NCBI GenBank assembly: GCA_028534125.1
Contig: CM052816.1
Span: forward strand, 29,638,001 to 29,702,000
Direction: 5' to 3'
Length of the DNA stretch: 64,000 nucleotides
Source: Lama glama
Lineage: Eukaryota
Shown: positions 24,579 through 37,252 of the stretch, piece after piece
Layout of the letters: each line of letters starts with the position of its first letter
Numbering within the stretch: position 1 is the stretch's first letter
Notes under the pieces: model-generated
Database searches by the model: none
What the model saw: only the letters and a program-made list of their open reading frames with translations
Told to the model about the DNA's origin: nothing
Made by a program: the position numbers and the translations under genes

Positions 24579-27384
24579 AATGAATGATGAAAAATTACAA
24601 ATGAATGATAAATTCAAATTTATCTTAGTACATACAGTTTTGAAAACTTAAGAAGCTTGGAACACTGTGCCTTGGATATAGCAATAAACATAATTTGCAA
24701 AGTAAAAAAGAAAAAGAAAAAAACTGAATTCTGCCAACAACCTGAATGATGAGCAAGGAAATGGATTCTCTCTTAGCGCCTTCAAAGGAATGCAGACTGC
24801 CACCACCTGGATTTTACCCCTATGAGATATTGTCAGATTTGTGACATACAGAACTGTAAGATAATAAATATGTATTCTTATAAACCACTAAATTTGTGAT
24901 AATTCATTACAGCAGCAATAGGAAACTAATACAGCAAGGAATATTTTATTTTTATTTCATTTAAATCAAAGTTTATCCAGTACTGAATCCTTATTCTGCT
25001 GGGCTGGCAGGGCATTCAATCCCAGACATTACTGAGGCCCTTTTCCCTACATGCAAGGTCCCAAGGATCTTACCATGGGCCACAATACCAGGGAGGCCCC
25101 TCAGACCTGTCAACCACATGCTACCAATGAGATGCCATTTCCCCTGCTTTCCTGGTCCCATGTATTCTGGTGGCAGCAGCAGGATCTTCACAAAGCCAGG
25201 AAACCTGGGGTCTAGGGTTCATCCCCTCTAGGCAAACAGGAGGTCATCCCCTCATTCCTCCAATCTGGATGTTGCCTCATTACCTGTGAGCACTGTGAGG
25301 GTGGGGTTTCGGTCACCCTTTGTCCCCTTCCCAGTTAAGGACATCTTTCCTTTAACAGTCTTAAGTTTTTGCTTTTACTCCAAGGACACTTACTTATCTT
25401 ATCACTAACACACATGTGCACACATCAGGCTGAATACTGAGGTTATCTCTAACCAGTTTTTACCTCTCAAACTCCCCTGAGGCAAAGCAGCATAATATTC
25501 TGGTTACTAGGAGTTGGGAGATAAGTAAAATATAAATTAACATCTCAATAGATTATTTTGCAACATTGATGCACTAGTAAGTTGACTGTATCCCTTAAAG
25601 GAACTTTGCTCAACCACTTGGTGCCTTGGTATTTCTCAGAGGTTTAGTTTGATACCAGGGTTTGTCCCAGCTTGGTGAGCTCACATAAAGTAGCAGCTGG
25701 CAGGGTGGATGATACATTTCCTTAGGCTTCTCAAGGTCAGGGCTCATAAACCTGGATAGTGGGTGAATTTCTTGCTTTCCAGAGGGTAAAATGACTCTCT
25801 TTTCCCCCAAGTCCGGCTGTATTCCTCCTACTTGGGAGTTTTCTTTGGTTCTGGTCAACCTCTGGGAGAATGGGCTATAGAGAAGCAAGGATGGAGCAAG
25901 GGAACCTTTATGTGCCTATGGTAATATTCTAGACAAGAGATGACAGCGGCTTGAATCAGGGCAGAAGTAGTAGGAGAGATAAATGGTTCGATTTTGAACA
26001 CTTTGATGGGCAGAGCCAGTGATCTGATGTGTGGGTAAAGGAGAAAGCCAAATATGTGTCGGTTTGTCAGGACTCCTCTGCCCTCACGTACCTCATAGCT
26101 GGGAGTCTGGAGGCACTTTAAATGCCTTAAGAGAACATTTCACATCTAGCAACTTGAGAGTTTATGAGTTGATTAATGAGAATTTAATTTTGGTAGTTAA
26201 AGAGTTGGTTCTCTAACCTAAATCAGCAGCCATATTTCTTTGTTTTCTGATTCACCTCTCTTTCTACAGTCTATAGGATTTCATTACCTCCCAATTCCAA
26301 ATGGCATTAAGTTCCAGTTGTTTCTCCCACTCTACATCCATCACTAGGTAGGTTTTCAGCCTTTTTTTAATCCTCCCTTAGAGTACTCCAAAATAAATGA
26401 TGGGTGCTATTTCCAGAAGAAAATAATGCAGTATAGTTGAAAACAGTAGCCCTGTATTCTACACACAAGATTGATTTGAAGATGACTAAAAACCTAATTG
26501 TGAAATAAACCCTTTATTTTAAGAAATACAATACTGCTGTATTACTGTTAGTGATAAATCTACTTTTATATTTAATTCTTCATAGCTGTAGAATCAAGAT
26601 AATTATGATTGCAGAACTAACCGGTGAAAACTTTTTTTGTTTAAAATGTTGAATGTTGGTAGACATAACAAAGTGTGAAAACGTAAAAAGAATCAGCACC
26701 TGTTTAGGGCAAGTAATATTTCCACTTTCTAAAGTGGATTTCATTTTGGCTTTTGAAAAACGGCGGGCTATAGTGCTGTTTTCTAGAGCTGTAAAACCTT
26801 GGGCAAGGTAGTTATGTTTCTGCTGCTTTTTTTCCCTTTCTTTCTTTTCTTCATCCATGAAATCTCACCTCTCTTATTGCCACTTGTTCAGAGGCCTCGC
26901 GGACAGTTTAAAAACCTCACTTAAACAAATTCTTAGTATCTAGTGTAAAACAGAATGCTCGATAACGTGATGACGACTAGAAATACCAAGAAGTACAAGA
27001 CACAAGACATAGGTTCCTGCTCTTCTAGAGCAAGACATTCCCATGAAACGGACCAGCAGTGAGCCTGATTTTCAGTCGGTACAACCTCTCCTTTGTCGGC
27101 CTGAAACCATCAAGCATATCCGCTGCTGCCGGTGCTGTGCGCGCTCCCAGCTCTTAACCTGCCCTGCCACGGCGGAATACGGACAGAACTCCATTTTATT
27201 TTCACACTAACGGGGTGAAATTAAGGAAGGCACTTTCAGGTTCGCTATCTGAGGTGTTCTCATAGGAGACTCCTTCACCTGCCCCTGAGACGCCTTCCTA
27301 ATCTCACCTGCTCCCCAGGATAACCCACACATGCCTTCCTGGTTCTGGGTGAACAGGACACCCCACAACACAGGGCTCCCTCCT

Positions 27385-27915
27385 TCCCCGCTGCGGGGCG
27401 GGACCTCGAGCCTGGGTGTCGGAGACCCGCCCCCCGTACGCGGCGTGCGTGCGTGCGTGGCGCGCCGCGCGGGCCTGTTTCTCCAGCGTGTGGCGCCCCC
27501 CGGCGGCAGCGGGGCCTCAATGTGACAGCCGGACCTGAGCGCCCGCCATGGAGCCGCAGAAAGAGGCGCGAACGTCCACGGACCCCGTCGGGCGGCCGCC
27601 TGGGGCCTCGAGGTCTCAGAGGCCCGGCGAAGAGGAGCAACAGGGGGGCGGCGCACCGCCGGCGGCAGCTGCCGTGGACGCGGAGGCGGACGGCGCCAGT
27701 GCCGACGGGCTGTGGGAACTACCAGTGGAGCCGGCGGAGCGGAGGCCCGAGTGCAGCCGCTGCAGGTGACTGCCGGGCGGGGGCGGGGACTGAGGCGGGC
27801 GAGGGACTTGGTGAGGGTGCTGCAGCGCCCCCTGTCGGGGAGGAGGCTGCTGCGGCTCCGGCCCGGGGAGCGCCGGCTGTGGCATGTCAGCGCTGGGGGG
27901 TGGCAGGGTCCGCTG
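27385..27915. promoter_or_regulatory. CpG island promoter of DTWD2 with GC boxes
   Basis: The only CpG-dense, GC-rich tract in the window. GGGGCGGG at 27395-27402, CCCGCCCC at 27426-27433, (GCGT)4 at 27443-27458. No TATA box seen. Spans exon 1. Confidence 0.9.
27548..27765 (+). CDS. DTWD2: DTWD2 coding exon 1 (218 nt)
   Basis: ATG in a strong Kozak context (gcccgccATGG) inside a CpG island. Translates [21 protein letters not shown]...[20 protein letters not shown], matching the mammalian DTWD2 N-terminus as recalled. Donor AG|gtgact at 27766, phase 2. Confidence 0.95.
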
Positions 27916-28199
27916 GTTGAGCTTGAACACTGAGAAATACCTGTCACAGCTTTTTAGTAAGAAGCCATTTATCCAGGTTCAGGGTTATTTAATCTTACTT
28001 TCTGCAAGACACTGAGCTGGTCATGGGAGCCAACATAAGTTCCGCCGTCAAGAAACTTGAGCGCCTGATAGAGGAAATAAGGCGTAATGACAATAATATT
28101 TGTAACAGTAAACAAACGAACAAACTAACAAAAATTGGATTAGAGAAGAGAGACAATCAAGGTGGCTATTACAGTAGTTAAATTGTGTTCGGAATTCTG

Positions 28200-29280
28200 A
28201 ATTCACCTAGAAGTATTTATTGAACGCCTGCTGTGTGCCAGGCACTGTGCTAGGTTCCTTGGAACTAGGGCGTGGATAAAACAGACGTTGTCTCTGTGCT
28301 CGTTGGGGAGCATACAGTCTAATGAGGAGACAACTTATTAACTAACATTATTAACATCATTTGCCTGATCCAACTTTTAAGTACTTTTCAGAATTACCTC
28401 ATGGTGTGGGTGTACTTCAGGATTGTGGGGATTGCTTTCCCTGCTTGTTTGAATCTCTTACTATACAAATGTGCTATTATTTTGAGGACCATTTCTCTTG
28501 GTTACTAAAGGCCTGTATCTATCACCTGTCTCTCTGTTGCCCTTCCCACCTTTAACTGTTAGATTGTCTCCACTTCCTCACCTGGGAATCAATCTGTAAT
28601 TTGTCCTCAGATCCTAGGTGCTCTGAAATGGCTGTCACTAAAGTCACCATTAACCTTAATGAGGTAAAATCTAGTGGATCCTTTTCTATTTACTTTTCAC
28701 TGGACCTCTTGGCGGATTTCTGCAGTTGAAATTCTCACTCCTTGAAACTCGTTTTGGTCTATCTGACTTCTCTGTCCTAGTCTTCTTTGCCTGTTCTGTC
28801 AAAACTCTTAATGTTGGGCTTCCTCAGGGTCTTGGTTCTGGATCCTCTTCTCTTTGAACCTCATACATTTCCCACAGGTGATTGTACCAATTTTCATGGG
28901 TAAGGTATTACCTCTACCTCAATATCTCTAGCTCATACCTTTCTCCTGAGCACCAGATCTGTGCCTTCATTTAATCATTGTTTAATGAGTGCTTTGCTAA
29001 TTACTGATAATACGGTGGAGTCTTTGTCCCCACAATGTTCAGTCTATTATTGGATACAGATAATAAACCAGTTAACAGACCACCAAGTATGTAATTGAAG
29101 GTTTAAAAATCACCAGCAATGAAGGAAAGTAATGGGATGTTGTGATAGAAAATAGGATGATGTCAGGAGAGGATTTCTGAAGAGATAGCATTTATATTGA
29201 GATCTGAAAGATGAGAAGGATCCAGTTAAGAGAAAAGCATTCTAGGAAGGGGAACAGAAGGACAGACTGGTTGAATGTCT
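28200..29280. mobile_element. cluster of L2 fragments in both orientations
   Basis: atttattgaacgcctgctgtgtgccaggcactgtgctagg (minus), ctcctgagcaccagatctg (plus), atttatattgagatctgaaagatgagaagga (minus). Confidence 0.65.
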
Positions 29281-29734
29281 TTACTGTTTGAGTACTTGGA
29301 GTATTCTACCTTGGCCATTTTGACCTTTTCCCAGGGCTGGAATGTAGGATCTTTGAGAAAGGGGTCTTAAGTGTAAGGATTTTTTAAAAAATATTTTCTG
29401 AATGTACTGTGTGTAGTACTCAGTAGACCTTTGAGGACAATGAGTAATTTGTGTAAAGAGAGACGAGGTATTGGAACAGAAGGGGTGTGTGAATATAATT
29501 TATTTAAATAAATTGTCTAAAGTTGTTAGGAAATAACACTTAAAAATGCTATGAAGGGGTCTCAACAGGATGCTGAAAGGAAGGTGTTTCAAATATAAAT
29601 CCAGAGCCAATTATGCTAGCTTTAACATGTAGTTTTTAGTCTACTGAGAACTACTAATTATAATAGTTCAAAAATTAGTCTTCTATATTTAGCAGAGATT
29701 TGCAATTTTTTTTGATCTGCTCCTCTCCACCCCT

Positions 29735-30075
29735 TTAATGGACTTTATTTTTTAGAGCAGTTTTAGATTCACAGCAAAATTGAGCAAAGGTACAGAGATT
29801 TCCTATATGCCCTCTGCCCCGACACATGCATAGCTTTCCCATATGAACATTCTCCACCAGAGTGATACATTTGTTACAGCTGATGAACTCCATTGACACA
29901 TTATTATCGCTCAAAGTCCATAGTTTACATTAGGATTCATTCTTGGTGTTGTACGTATTTTGAGTTTGGACAAGTTTGTGATAACATATATCCACCAGTA
30001 TAGTGTCATACAGACACTGCCCTAAAAATTTTCTTTGCTCTCCCTTTTCATCCCTCCCTATTCCCTAGCCTGATT
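29735..30075 (-). mobile_element. L1MC1-like 3' end
   Basis: ttttagagcagttttagattcacagcaaaattgagc...aaagtccatagtttacattagg. Confidence 0.8.
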
Positions 30076-31734
30076 TGCTTAAAAACTTTTTAAATTACTT
30101 GATGAATTTAGCTTGTTTTCAGTTCCATTTAGTTAATACTTTAGAATTATAATTCATTCTGACATTTCTGCACTTTGTTTTTTCTACTGACATTTTCTGC
30201 CTTTTAAAGGCTCTTCTCTCTCTTGGCATATTATACATTTTATTTGCTTTACTTGGTTAGAATACATTTGTAGAAATATGGAGAATATTTAGGTGTTATC
30301 AATAAAATATAAACTAATTCATAGCTCTTTTATTTTATTGCATTAGGCTGTTCAGGTTTTAACTGGGTGCCTGAATGAACTTCTTTACATTTATGTTTAT
30401 AATAGTTTTTAAAATTAAAATGCATTCTTAGATTTGAGTGATTAGTAAATCACAATTATTTGACCATTTACTTAAAACAGTATTTATTTCTCTAATCGCA
30501 TTGCTGTAATTGTCACAGCCTAAGTAGTAGTAGAAACTGATTCTGTTTAGGAAGTAGAAACTCAATTTAACTTCTCAGCAGAATCTTGCTTGTTAAAAGT
30601 ACAACATATCTTAAACATGAATGGAATATTCTTTAAAAGATCCAAAACCAATTTGTTATTGCAAGATACATATTTTATTTTTAAAAAAGGGTGTTCCTAT
30701 GAAAAGGAACAGCATGTTCTGGAGTACACTATACAGAGTATAGTGTATTTGGAGATCTGGGCAGAAAGGAAGGGGTGGTGAGATGAGGCTGCAGGGATTC
30801 ATGATGGTTGCACTGGGAAGGGCCAAATAAACTGTGTTGGGGAGACTGAGCCTAATGCACTGGAACCCAACAAACCAGCCACTGAAGTATTTTAATATTT
30901 GAATGGAGGTGACAGTTTGACTTCTATAGGTGACTTTTAGTTGTCATATTTTATACTCTATTTCATTAAGAAAAAAGCAAACTGAGTGGTGATAACGGTG
31001 GTAAAAAAAAACCTGACTGGGAGGAGTTTCCAGTAAAGGGCTTCATTCCAGTAAAGGTGTTAGACATCTTAATTACACTTTTATATCTTCTGTGGATATT
31101 CCTGTCTGAGGACAAGAGTCAGAAACCACTTGCAAATCATTGGTTTTAAATAATGGCATAATGTCTAAATACAGAGTATTTTTTACTCTGTCTAAGGGGG
31201 GAAGACAGCAGGGAGGGCATGGACACAGTCTGACATAAATAGGCTCTGAGACAGATTTTTCTGTCTCCAGTGCTTTCTACCAAAAGTAGAGAGTTGTAAG
31301 GATTATAATAAACCACATCAATATATTTAGTGCCCATTTATTAAGCACTGGTCATCCACAGGTTACCCACAAGGCCTAGGTGTTTTATGTATGGTATTTT
31401 ATTTGTTTCTCATAACAGCTTTCTGGAGTTGATGACACTGTTAGCTTTTAAACAATGAGGAGGTAGAGGTAACAGTCAGGTGGCAGAGTTGGGTCTCCAG
31501 TGCCAGTCCACTTGGCTGCCAAGCTCTTGCAAGGGCTTGACTTTGCCCTGTGCTCCATGCCTCCTGAAGAAGCCTTAAGATTTTGTTTGCAGAGTGGATA
31601 TAGTCACCACTTGAAGTGGAGTCACTGAGGCTACAGGAGTAGCTCTGATTTTCATGCTTTTTAAGCTAAAGTAAGTTTAATTCAAGCTTAGTGACAAGAT
31701 GCCTGAGCTTTAGTATTCTCTTACTCTTTTTTTT

Positions 31735-32012
31735 AAACAAAAATTGAGATACAATTGGTGTACAGTATTGTATAAGTTTAAGATATATAGCCTGTTGATT
31801 TGATATATTTATATATTGCAGTATGATTATCACTGGTAGTGATTAGCTATTGTCACCTAATTTTCTTTTTTTATGCTGAAATTTAAGACGTAATCTCTTA
31901 GCACGTTTGAAGTATATAAAACAGTAATGTTGAGTATAATTACAATGCCATGCAAAAGATCTCCAGTATTTATTCATCTTCTAGTTCCAAGTTTGTACCT
32001 TTTAGCTGACAT
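31735..32012 (-). mobile_element. truncated L1 3' end
   Basis: aattgagatacaattggtgtacagtattgtataagtttaag...agtttgtacctttt. Confidence 0.75.
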
Positions 32013-33154
32013 CTAGCTCCTTTATTCTATGTCTAAACCTTTTCCTTATTCTTTAGACTTGAATTTTCTGGAGAAAAAGAGTGATGGGGATAAAATCATG
32101 AGAAAGTGAAGCAGGGAAGGCTGGAGGTGTTTAAGAAGAATACAGGAGCCACAGACTGGCAGCCTCCAGATGTTTTGTTTAAAACTATATTTTTACCAGT
32201 TTTAAAATTGGTTGCTAATAGTGAAAAAGCAAGATATTTTATATCAAAATCCAGATTTCTCATTTCTGTGAGAATGGGAAGATCTAGCAGTTTGGGGGCC
32301 ATCTTCCTGAACAATAGCTGGCTGAGCTGAGTATTAGCTATGCCTTTAGTTTGGGTGTCATTTGTCCAGGTCACCATTGCTCCCAGTCATTCCTGTTGAA
32401 TTCATCTATGATTAACTCATTTGCTTTTTAATTCTGGGTCTCCTGTATGTCATTGTGGGCTGGTCTGCTTGGCAGCAGGGTAAATCAGCCTTCAGGTTTG
32501 GTAGGTAGAAGTGGAAAATGGTCATTTCCAAGGCAATTAGTTTACAATAATTAAGATTGCTGAATTGGTATCAACACTTAGAATTAGAAAACAAACTGTT
32601 TTGGTAAATTTAAAATAAACTACATTATTGATGATAATTTGTGGCATAAAATTTAGGCAATCTGCAAATTTAATTATGTGTATCAAAAGTATTGTATTCC
32701 TAAGAAAATTATTGTTAATTTGTTCTTTCTTGTTAATGTAGGAAATATGTTTATTCTTTGAACTAGTTCATTCCTAATATATGTGGGAAGCTAACTGATT
32801 TACAGATTACTGTGCAAGCTAACCATATGTTCAAAGCTGAGCAAAAATGATATATCTCAAGAGGGAATTTTTTTCTTAAATCTTAATTAAGTCTCTAAAG
32901 AGGAATGACTAGTTTAAAAAAAAAAAACCACATGAGAGTTTTCTAAATGTTTGATTTATTTTCCCCAAGAAAAATAAGAATGTATCATTACGCTCAGTTA
33001 GATGTTTTCTTCAGAGAACATCAAAGCACATTAATTTTTAAGTACATTTACATTTGCCTCAAATTAATAATTCATAGTTCTGTTAGTGCTTATGTAGTGA
33101 GAGATTTTTTTTTCACTTATTTTTAAAAATGTGTAATGTATTTTACTTTTTTCT

Positions 33155-34560
33155 TCCAGTGTTATTGGTATGATTGGTATAATACAGCACTGATAGATTT
33201 AAGGTGTACACTGATCATTTGACTTACATATATCATGAAATGATTACCATAATAAGTTTAGTGAACATCCATCATCTCATACAGATACAAAATAAAAGAA
33301 AAAGAAAAAATTTCCTTGTGATGAGAACTCTTAGGATTTACTTTATTAACAACTTTCATGTATAACATCAGCAGCATTAATTATATTAATTATGTTGCAT
33401 GTTACATCTTTGATACTTATTTATCTTATCACTAGAAGTTTGTACCTTTTGATCACCTTCATCCAGTTCCCCTTCCCATCACTCCTCACCTCTGGTAACC
33501 ATACATCTGATCTTTTTCTGTAAGTTTATTTGTTTTTTGAAGTATAGTTGACCTACAACACTATGTTAGTTCCTGCTGCACAGCATGGTGGTTGGATATT
33601 TCTGTATGTTAGAAAATGATCATGACATTAAGTCTAGTTACCACGGTCACTATACAGAGATATTACATAATTATTGACTATATTCTTTACACTGTATGTT
33701 TCATACATGTAACACATTTATTTTGTAACTAGAAGTTTGTACCTCTTAGTTTCCGTCACATTTTTCACTCATCCTTCCAGCCCCCTCCCCTCTGGCAACC
33801 GCTTGATTTTTCTCTATATCTAAATAAATTTGGCATTATTTAAAAAGATTTCACAGGTTACAAAGTGCTTTTTTACTTGTATGTTTTTATTTAATTCACA
33901 AGACTACTTTGTGATTTAGTTATTCCCTTTTATGGAGTCTTTTTTTCCATTTTTAGAAGTATAGTTGATTTGCAAAGTTGTGTTAATTTAAAGTATTCAA
34001 CAAAGTGATTCAGTTATACATACATATGTATAATCTATTCTTTTTCAGATTCTTTTGCATTATCGGTTATTACAAGATATTGAATATAGTTCCTGTGCTG
34101 TGGAGTAGGTCCTTGTTTATCTATTTTATATATGTGTGTGTGTATGTTAATCTCAAGCTCCCAATTTATGCCTCCCTCTCCTTTCTCCTCGGTAACTGTA
34201 AGTTTGTTTTCTATGTCTATGAGTCTATTTCTGTTTTGTAAATAAGTTCATTTGTATCATTTTTTTTAGATTCCACATATAAATGATATCATATGATATT
34301 TGTGTTTGCCTGACTTACTTCACTTAGAATGATGATCTCTAGGTCCATCTAAGTTGCTGCAAACGGTATTATTTCATTCTTTTTTGTGGCTGCGTAATAG
34401 TCCATTGTATACATGTACACCATATCTTCTTTATCCAGTCATTTATCAATGGACATTTAGGTTGCTTCCATATCTTGGCTATTGTAAATAGTGCTGCTAT
34501 GAACATTGAGGTGCTTTTTAATTTTTTAAAATGAAATATAGTTGATTTACAATGTTGAGT
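33155..34560 (-). mobile_element. stack of antisense L1 3'-end fragments (L1MA9/L1_Art-like)
   Basis: Several consecutive aagtatagttga modules. The minus ORF 34369-34623 contains the L1 ORF2 C-terminal MFIAALFTIAKIWKQPKCP. Confidence 0.85.
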
Positions 34561-35576
34561 TAACCTTTTATAGATTCTTAAGGTCAAGTGAGTAGTCAGA
34601 GGCAGAACTGCTTTAGCTTTCATAGTTTTAATACTACATCACAGAATAATGAATTATACTGAAATGAACAATATGATTGCCGTTGTTTTCCAATTACATA
34701 TAATAAATACTTCCAGTGAGGTGTTCCTTTGCCTTCTTCTAATCTGTAGATTCTTTTTCTTTGTCCATGGTTATTGTTAATTACTTTGGGATGAGCAGTT
34801 TTAATTATTATCTTTTCTAAGGTCCAGCTTTTCTCTCCTGAATCCTTTATCTGCCTCTGATCACTTCTCATTTCTCTTCGTGACTCTTCACATTTCAGTC
34901 AGAAGGATGAATTTGAAGGTATTATTGACTAATAGAAGTTTTTTTCTCTGCTGAGTTTTTTGTTTGCTTGTTTTTTGTTTTTATTCTTTTGGAAGTCTAG
35001 TGGGAAGATTGTGGGAAAAAGGAGAGCAGTGATGTAAGTAGAAGAAGTGTTCTGGGATTACTCAAGGGAAAAAATGAAAAAGTGTGGAATGAATCTCTCA
35101 ACCTTGCAAAGGGCTAGAGGGATAGACCTGATAGAAATGTGTCTGATCTCACAGGGTTGACCCCTAAGAATAAATAAAAATAAGAATTAAAGAAAAAACC
35201 CAAAAAACTGAACAGACATACCAGTGGCTGCACGCTATAAGAGGCAGAGTGTCCACAGTTTAAGTCCAGGCAAGTTTCCAAACCACCACGAAAATTAAAT
35301 AGAATCCAGAGTTTCTACACTATATTATCCAAAATGTTTACTTTTCAACCAAAGCTTACTAGACCTGCAAAGAAACAGAAAAGTGTGACTCATATGCATG
35401 GAGAATAGCAGCCAATAGAAACTGACTTTGAGTGGATCCAGATTTTAAATTTAGTAGAAAAAGACTTCAAAGCAACTTCTATAAATAGGTTCAAAGAATT
35501 ATAGGAAAATATAATGACAGTGAATTAAAAGAGACTCTCAATAGAGAGATAGAAATTATTTTTAAAAGTCTATGCA

Positions 35577-35711
35577 GTGGAGGATATAGCTCAAGTGGTA
35601 GAGCACATGTTTAGCATGCATGAAGTCCTGGGTTCTATCCCCAGTACCTCCTCCAAAAATAAATAAATAAGTATACCAAATTACTTGGCCCCACCAAAAA
35701 AAAAAAAAAAA
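35577..35711 (+). mobile_element. vic-1-like tRNA-derived SINE with poly(A) and TSD
   Basis: A-box TAGCTCAAGTGG, B-box GGTTCTATCC, A-rich tail. TSD aagtctatgca (35566-35576) / aaatctatgca (35713-35723). Confidence 0.88.
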
Positions 35712-35724
35712 GAAATCTATGCAA

Positions 35725-35890
35725 ACTGTCGATCTGGGTTCATCAGTCATAACGAATGTACCTCTCTGACGGGATATTGATAATGGGGTAGGCTATGCAT
35801 GTGTCGGGGCTGAAAGTATATGGGAAACCTCTGTACCTTCCCTTCAATTTCACTGTGAATCTAAAAAAAAAAGTCTTAAAAAAAAAAGAG
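35725..35890 (+). mobile_element. L1MC-like 3' end
   Basis: ttgataatggggtaggctatgcatgtgtcgggg...tatatgggaaacctctgtaccttcc, with an A-rich end. Confidence 0.75.
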
Positions 35891-35924
35891 ATGTTTATGT
35901 AAATGTGCTACTTGGCAGGCCAAT

Positions 35925-36575
35925 TAAAAAATTGTGATAACATATACATAACATAGTATTTATCATTTAACCATTCATAAGTGTGCAACTCAGTGGCATT
36001 AAATATATTCACAATGTTGCATAACCCTCTATATTGTCTGTACCCCAAATGCCTCATCATCCCCAACGTAAACTCTGTATCCATTAAATAATATATTCTC
36101 ATCCACTCCTCCCTCTATTCCCTGGTAACCTGTATTCTACTTTGTTTCTGTGAATTTACCTCTTCTAGATGTTTCAAATAATCATATAATATTTGTCCTT
36201 CTCTGTTTGACATTTCACTAAAAATAATGCTTTCAAGGTCCATCCATGGTATAGCATACATCAGAATTTTATTTTTATAGCCAAATTGTATGAATATGCC
36301 AATTTTATTGATCTGTTATCAATTCTTTTGTTGATGGATGCTTGGTTTGTTTTTACCTTTTGGCTCCTGTGAATAGTGCTGCTATGAACAGTGATATACA
36401 AATATCTATTCTAGTTCTTTTAATTCTTTTGGATATATACCTAGGAATGGAGTGGAATTGCTGGGTCATACGGTATTTCTGAGTTTAACTTTTTGGGGAA
36501 TTATCCAACTGTTTTTCATAGCAGCTGTAACAATTTTACATTCCCATCAGCGATGCATAAGTGTTCCAATTTCCA
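35925..36575 (-). mobile_element. L1MB-like 3' fragment
   Basis: cagtggcattaaatatattcacaatgttgc...ggaattgctgggtcata...ttttacattcccatcagc. Confidence 0.8.
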
Positions 36576-36744
36576 CAAAAGTGACAGTACACAGTTACCT
36601 GAGTAATTAACAAACAAAGTGTATACATCACCCTTAATGTACTTGAAATTGAATCTTTAATGCAAACCCTCAAACCGAAGAAATCACTGGAAAAAATGCA
36701 GCAATTACCATTGCTCTAGCAGAACATGGATTTGTTTTTGTATT

Positions 36745-37005
36745 TTTATTGAGGTTTATTTTACATATAACCTTATATTAGTTTCTGGTGTACAACATAA
36801 TGATTTGATATTTATGTACATTGCAAAATGAACACCACAGAAAGTCTAGTTAACATCTGTCACCTCACATAATTAAAGAAAAGCTTTTTTTCTTGTGATG
36901 AGAACTTTTAAGATCTACTCTCTTAGCAGCTTCCAAATAAGCAGTTTATTTTATCACCGAGAGTTTGCACCTTCTGACTCCCTTTATCCATTTCTCTCAC
37001 TCCCT
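36745..37005 (-). mobile_element. truncated L1 3' end
   Basis: ggtgtacaacataatgatttga...tcttgtgatgagaacttttaagatctactctcttagca. Confidence 0.8.
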
Positions 37006-37252
37006 AACAAATCATGTATTCTTTGAGAATCTAATATGTACAAATTTTACAGTGGCAGTGATGACTCCATTATCATCATCATCATTTTATTTTGGAGTGG
37101 AGGACTTGGAATTTAGTTACTGAATGATTTAATTTTAGGCTAAAAATAATTTTAGACTTAAAAGTTGTAAAAATAGTACTGAGAGTTCCCATATTCCTTT
37201 TACGCAATAACCACATATAGTTTTTGTACATGATCATAGTACTATCTTAAAC

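Larger units (their letters stand above)
21940..24933 (+). mobile_element. MLT1D/E-like MaLR LTR split into about 21940-22230 and 24720-24933 by nested insertions
   Basis: 5' part gttgcagatggaatgaggttgttaatcagatgactttaaaacagggagattatcctgg. 3' part gaattctgccaacaacctgaatga...agcagcaataggaaactaataca. Confidence 0.7.

Noticed and set aside
27548..27769. 73-aa stand-alone ORF
   Set aside because: It is DTWD2 exon 1 read into the intron; the real CDS splices at 27765.
27207..27947. 246-aa antisense ORF and other overlapping ORFs at the CpG island
   Set aside because: R/P/A/G-rich low-complexity products, expected from stop-codon depletion in GC-rich DNA. No recognisable domain.
35577..35652. tRNA gene (A and B boxes present)
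   Set aside because: It has a poly(A) tail, a TSD and two diverged copies in the window, so it is a SINE. Its location in a tRNA-modification gene is treated as coincidence.
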